A DNA stretch of 64,000 nucleotides, taken from assembly GCF_000281045.1 (NCBI RefSeq), contig NW_008246091.1:419474-483473 (forward strand), written 5' to 3'. Shown here one piece after another: positions 60,401 through 64,000 of this stretch. The notes beneath the pieces are model-generated. The model was not told the DNA's origin. It saw only the letters and a list, made by a program, of their open reading frames with translations, and ran no database searches. Each line of letters opens with the position of its first letter. The first letter of the stretch is position 1. Both the position numbers and the translations under genes were made by a program. This DNA is from Saprolegnia diclina VS20. Its lineage: Eukaryota.

Positions 60401-61244
60401 CGAGCCGGTCGAGAAGCTCTTCCCGGGTCTGCCGCCAAAGTACTTTGAGATCATCACCAAGCCGATGGACCTCAAGACCGTCTCGGAGAAGCTGACGTCG
60501 CTCACGTACAAGACGTATGGCGAGTTTATCGCTGACATTCGCCTCACATTTGAGAACGCACTGCTGTACAACATTGCCGAGAAGGGCAAGGAAGGACCGA
60601 CGGTCTACTCGGCCGGCGAGAAGATGCTGCACGTGGCCATGGACCAGTGGGGCGACGTGACGATCGACATTATCGAGCGGTCGAAGCGCAGCGTACTCTT
60701 GCACAAGGAAGCGCAGCTGCTTGCGGCGCAGAACCGCGCGGCCAACGAAGCCGCCGAGGCCGCGGCGGAAGCCGACCGTCTCCGCACGTACCAGGCCAAG
60801 CTCGAGCAGCAAAAGATCGACGAAGCGGCGCAGGAAGAGCGGTCCGAGCACGAGCGGTCACTGCAGGCCAGCGTCGCGGCCAAAGCTGCGAAGGAGGCCC
60901 GCGCATCCCTTCTGAGCATGGAGAAGATGACGAAAAGCGAGCGCAAGATTGAAGAGAAGAAGCGCAAGAAGGCCAAGAAGGACGAAGAGGCCGCGCGGTC
61001 TGAGAAGCGTCGGCGCACCGCGACGCTTGCGACCGAAGAGGCGCTGCGCGAGGCCGAGCACCGCAGCCGGCTCCGACAAAAGGCCAAAGACCTCCTCGAC
61101 GAAGCCCGCGCCAAGCAGGAGGCGCTCCGCCACGAACACCTCAAGTTTGCCAAGCCAAAGCGCAAGGCGCCCGAGTGCGCCAAGGCGTTCTGGAAGGTCA
61201 AGCGACGCATGCTCGTGGTCGCGCCGTGCTTTAGCGCTGCGTAA
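57420..61244 (+). CDS. Multi-bromodomain protein (five clear plus one degenerate N-terminal bromodomain), Lys-rich linker, coiled-coil tail
   Basis: Repeated C..IL...F..PV....Y...V..PMD...I...L...Y.....F..D..LIF.NC..YN signature; about six introns. Confidence 0.9.
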
Positions 61245-61455
61245 GGGTAGCGCCTTGTATCTGTGAAGCCACATTGATGCCACACAAAACCACCAAGTAG
61301 TAATATGAAGATGTAGTACATAGTGTGCATTGTTGGTCTTTGGTCAAGGGCTAGGTGCAACTGAGTATAAACTTTCACAGGCTTTAGACGCGCGGCCTGT
61401 CAGACTTGATACTCGCCATCTTCGCTTCGTGTCGGCAAACCACGCGCCGGCAACG

Positions 61456-62459
61456 ATGATGGACGCCCTGCCCATGCATGCGACCCACGCCCGCGAGTCG
61501 ACGTCGACGCCGTCTGCGAAGCGCGGCTCGGCCTTCCCGACGCGACCGGCCCGCGGCGCCAGCGGTACGTTGCCGCTCTTCCGCAACTGCTCGTCGGCTG
61601 TGCCCGAGTACTTTGCCCGCATGGTCGACTACCGCCAAATGGACCTCGAGGCGACGTACTACCAAATGGTGACGCTGTGCATTGCGCCCTCCAAGGTCTA
61701 CAAGAGCGCGTACTACCGCAAGCAGACCAAGAACCGCTGGGCGCGCGACGACCCAGCGTTCGCTGTCATCCAAGTCTCTCCTTTGCTTCGTAGGCTCTGG
61801 CTGACACTGCGCGTAGGTGCTCTTTCTGTTTGTCGCGTCGCTGGCGTGGACCGTGGCCTTTGAGAAGACGTCGTCGCTCGGGTTCCTCCTCATCTGCGAT
61901 GTCATTGTCGAGTGGCTCGTCCTCGGCGTGCTTCTCTCGACGGCCAGCTGGTGGGTCGCCAACACCTTCCTGCGCCTCTCGCCGCCGGGCATTGCAAGCG
62001 ACACGTTCTTCGTCGAGCAGTCGGTCGAGTGGCAGTACGCCTTTGACATCCACTGCAACGGGTTCTTCGTGCTCTTCCTCCTCGTCCACGTCGTGCAGGT
62101 GCGACGCCACTTCGATCCCCGGACGTCGCCAACATTTTTTGTATTTTCTAGTTTTTGCTCGTCCCGCTTCTCGTGGCAGATACCTTTGTGTCGCTTCTGA
62201 TGGCCAACACGCTGTACGCGCTGGCGTGCGGCAGCTACTTCTACATCACGTTCCTCGGCTACATGGGTACTCTCTACCGTGAGGTTGACGCTCATGTTGC
62301 GTGCGTTTAGCGCTCCCGTTCCTCCACAACACGGAGCGATTCCTGTACCCGGTCGTCGCCGTCGGCGGCTTGTACGTCGCCAGTCTCGTGCTCTCGATCG
62401 TCCTTGGCGTCAACTTCAACTGCGCCGCCATGTCCGCAGCCTACTATTATTCAGCCTAA
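61456..62459 (+). CDS. UNC50: UNC-50 / GMH1 Golgi membrane protein
   Basis: QMDLEATYYQM, YYRKQTKNRWARDDPAF, VEWQYAFDIHCNGFF, YFYITFLGY|.ALPFL; three introns. Confidence 0.95.
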
Positions 62460-62895
62460 GACCCGAAGACGACTCAACCATGTACATACAATGTGTGCTG
62501 CGAGTATGGTGAGGTCAGGTCGATGCAGTGTCGACGATCGCTGCTGTCGAAAGTGAAAAGATTGTTTGGCGGCCAAGGGCGCCCACAAGACAAGAGTTTG
62601 GGCGGTGGAGTCGCTGCAGTAAACCAAGGTTGTCATAGTAATATCATTGACACGAGGTGACGGCGAGGCATGAACTATGGTCCTGGGGTGGGCAAGATGG
62701 AAATGCTGGGTTCTTTTAGCCACGGCTATATTGAAACAAGCCTTGGCACCTTTCTGGACGCGCCAGAAAACTGTGCTGGACGTTTCTCAGTCTATACCCA
62801 CGCAGATTTCATGTCTGAAATCAACCTTCTTCATCCTGCGGGAGGCGGAAAATGGCGTGGCTGTAGACTACGTAGCTTGGATTGCGTATCTTGCG

Positions 62896-64000
62896 ATGGA
62901 CGACGACGAGAGCCGAGAGGTGTTGGAGCTTTTGCAGAGGAAGGACCGCGAGATCCACGCGCTCACCGACGCCAAGGCGCGCCTCGAGGAGAAGGTCGAC
63001 GCCATGCGCTGGGACCTCGAGCTCGCGCAGGGCGGCTTGGACTACAGCGCGGCCTTCAACACGCAGCTGCTCGCGTTTGAGGCGCAGCTTCAGGATCTGC
63101 GCACCAAGACGGACCTGGCGCTGCAGCCACGCCAGATCGCACCAGACACGCGGCAAGCCATGGCGCTCGAGCAGCGGCTGCAGCGAGGCGAGACCACGGA
63201 CTCGCTCTTGCACCAGCGCCTCCACAGCATGTTCCAAGCCAACTGCGAGCTCATCCAGCGCTTCTCGCGGCCGTCTTGCCGTGAGGTATGACCACCGCCT
63301 TGTGCTCCTTTTACGACCACCACGCTCGCTCATGGTGCGTAGGTCGCCGTGCAAACAGCCGGCCACCAACGCGATCGCTTTGTTGCGACGGAGGCTACGT
63401 GCTGCGACTGCGCGACGCAGCTGCAGCAAGCGACCGACGAGTTGCGGGGTCTCCGCGCCGCTGCGCTTCTTTCGCAGCTCGCTGCACCTGGCGCGCGCAA
63501 GGCGCGTTCCTCGTACGTGCACCCTGCACCAGACGATCTATTGACAGTATCACTGCGCTGTGACGATGCCACGTCACGCCCAACGGCCGAAGTTGAGGCC
63601 GAGCTCGACCGACTTCGAGAGTCGGTCGCGCGCTACACCACAGAGCTAAAAACGCGCACCGAGGAGCTGCAGAACGTCCGCGCCGATGTCATCATAGTGC
63701 GTCCTCCTTTGCGATCAACAAGTTACCGTCATGATCTAGGCAGCCAAGCTTCACCAACACCGTGAGAATGCGCTACGCATGACGCTGGCGGACGTGGAAG
63801 CGCAGCTTGTCGCATCGCGTGCGCAGTGCGAGGACGCCGAGCGTGCCAAGCTCGAGATCATTCACCAAGCGACGCAGCTCGTCCAGGCGGCCGAGGCCGA
63901 GACCGGCACGGCGCTCAACAGCCTCGATGCGTTCAACCAGATGCAACTGCGCCCGTGGATCGACGTGGCACATGGCGACCGGACCGCCAAGTACACACTG
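62896..64000 (+). CDS. Coiled-coil protein, truncated by window end
   Basis: Heptad-rich exons (LLQRKDREIHAL.., EAELDRLRESVARY..) separated by short introns. Confidence 0.65.

Overview
Gene-dense eukaryotic DNA from an oomycete, most likely Saprolegniales. This is inferred from ~40-55 nt GT-AG introns, strong GC3 bias, oomycete Inr/FPR-like core promoters, an oomycete-type beta-tubulin, AA17 LPMOs and a giant multi-TM protein of the kind expanded in Saprolegnia/Aphanomyces. About 30 protein-coding genes can be reconstructed by hand-splicing. I found no rRNA, tRNA or CRISPR array. Main points of interest: (1) a putative mitochondrial histidine-phosphatase/NADK2-type NAD kinase fusion, a candidate bifunctional NAD(P) switch; (2) a two-layer inverted duplication (R2R3-Myb, LRR and AA17 LPMO genes) around an 11.9 kb gene cassette, with a patchwork breakpoint; (3) a decayed MCM7 fragment bracketed by a 12-copy 11-bp palindromic array and a GC hairpin; (4) a six-bromodomain protein; (5) a GRK ending in a CaaX box; (6) an aquaglyceroporin lacking the ar/R arginine; (7) a MAPK with TKH in place of TxY. 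Exon boundaries were read by eye and may be off by a few bases.
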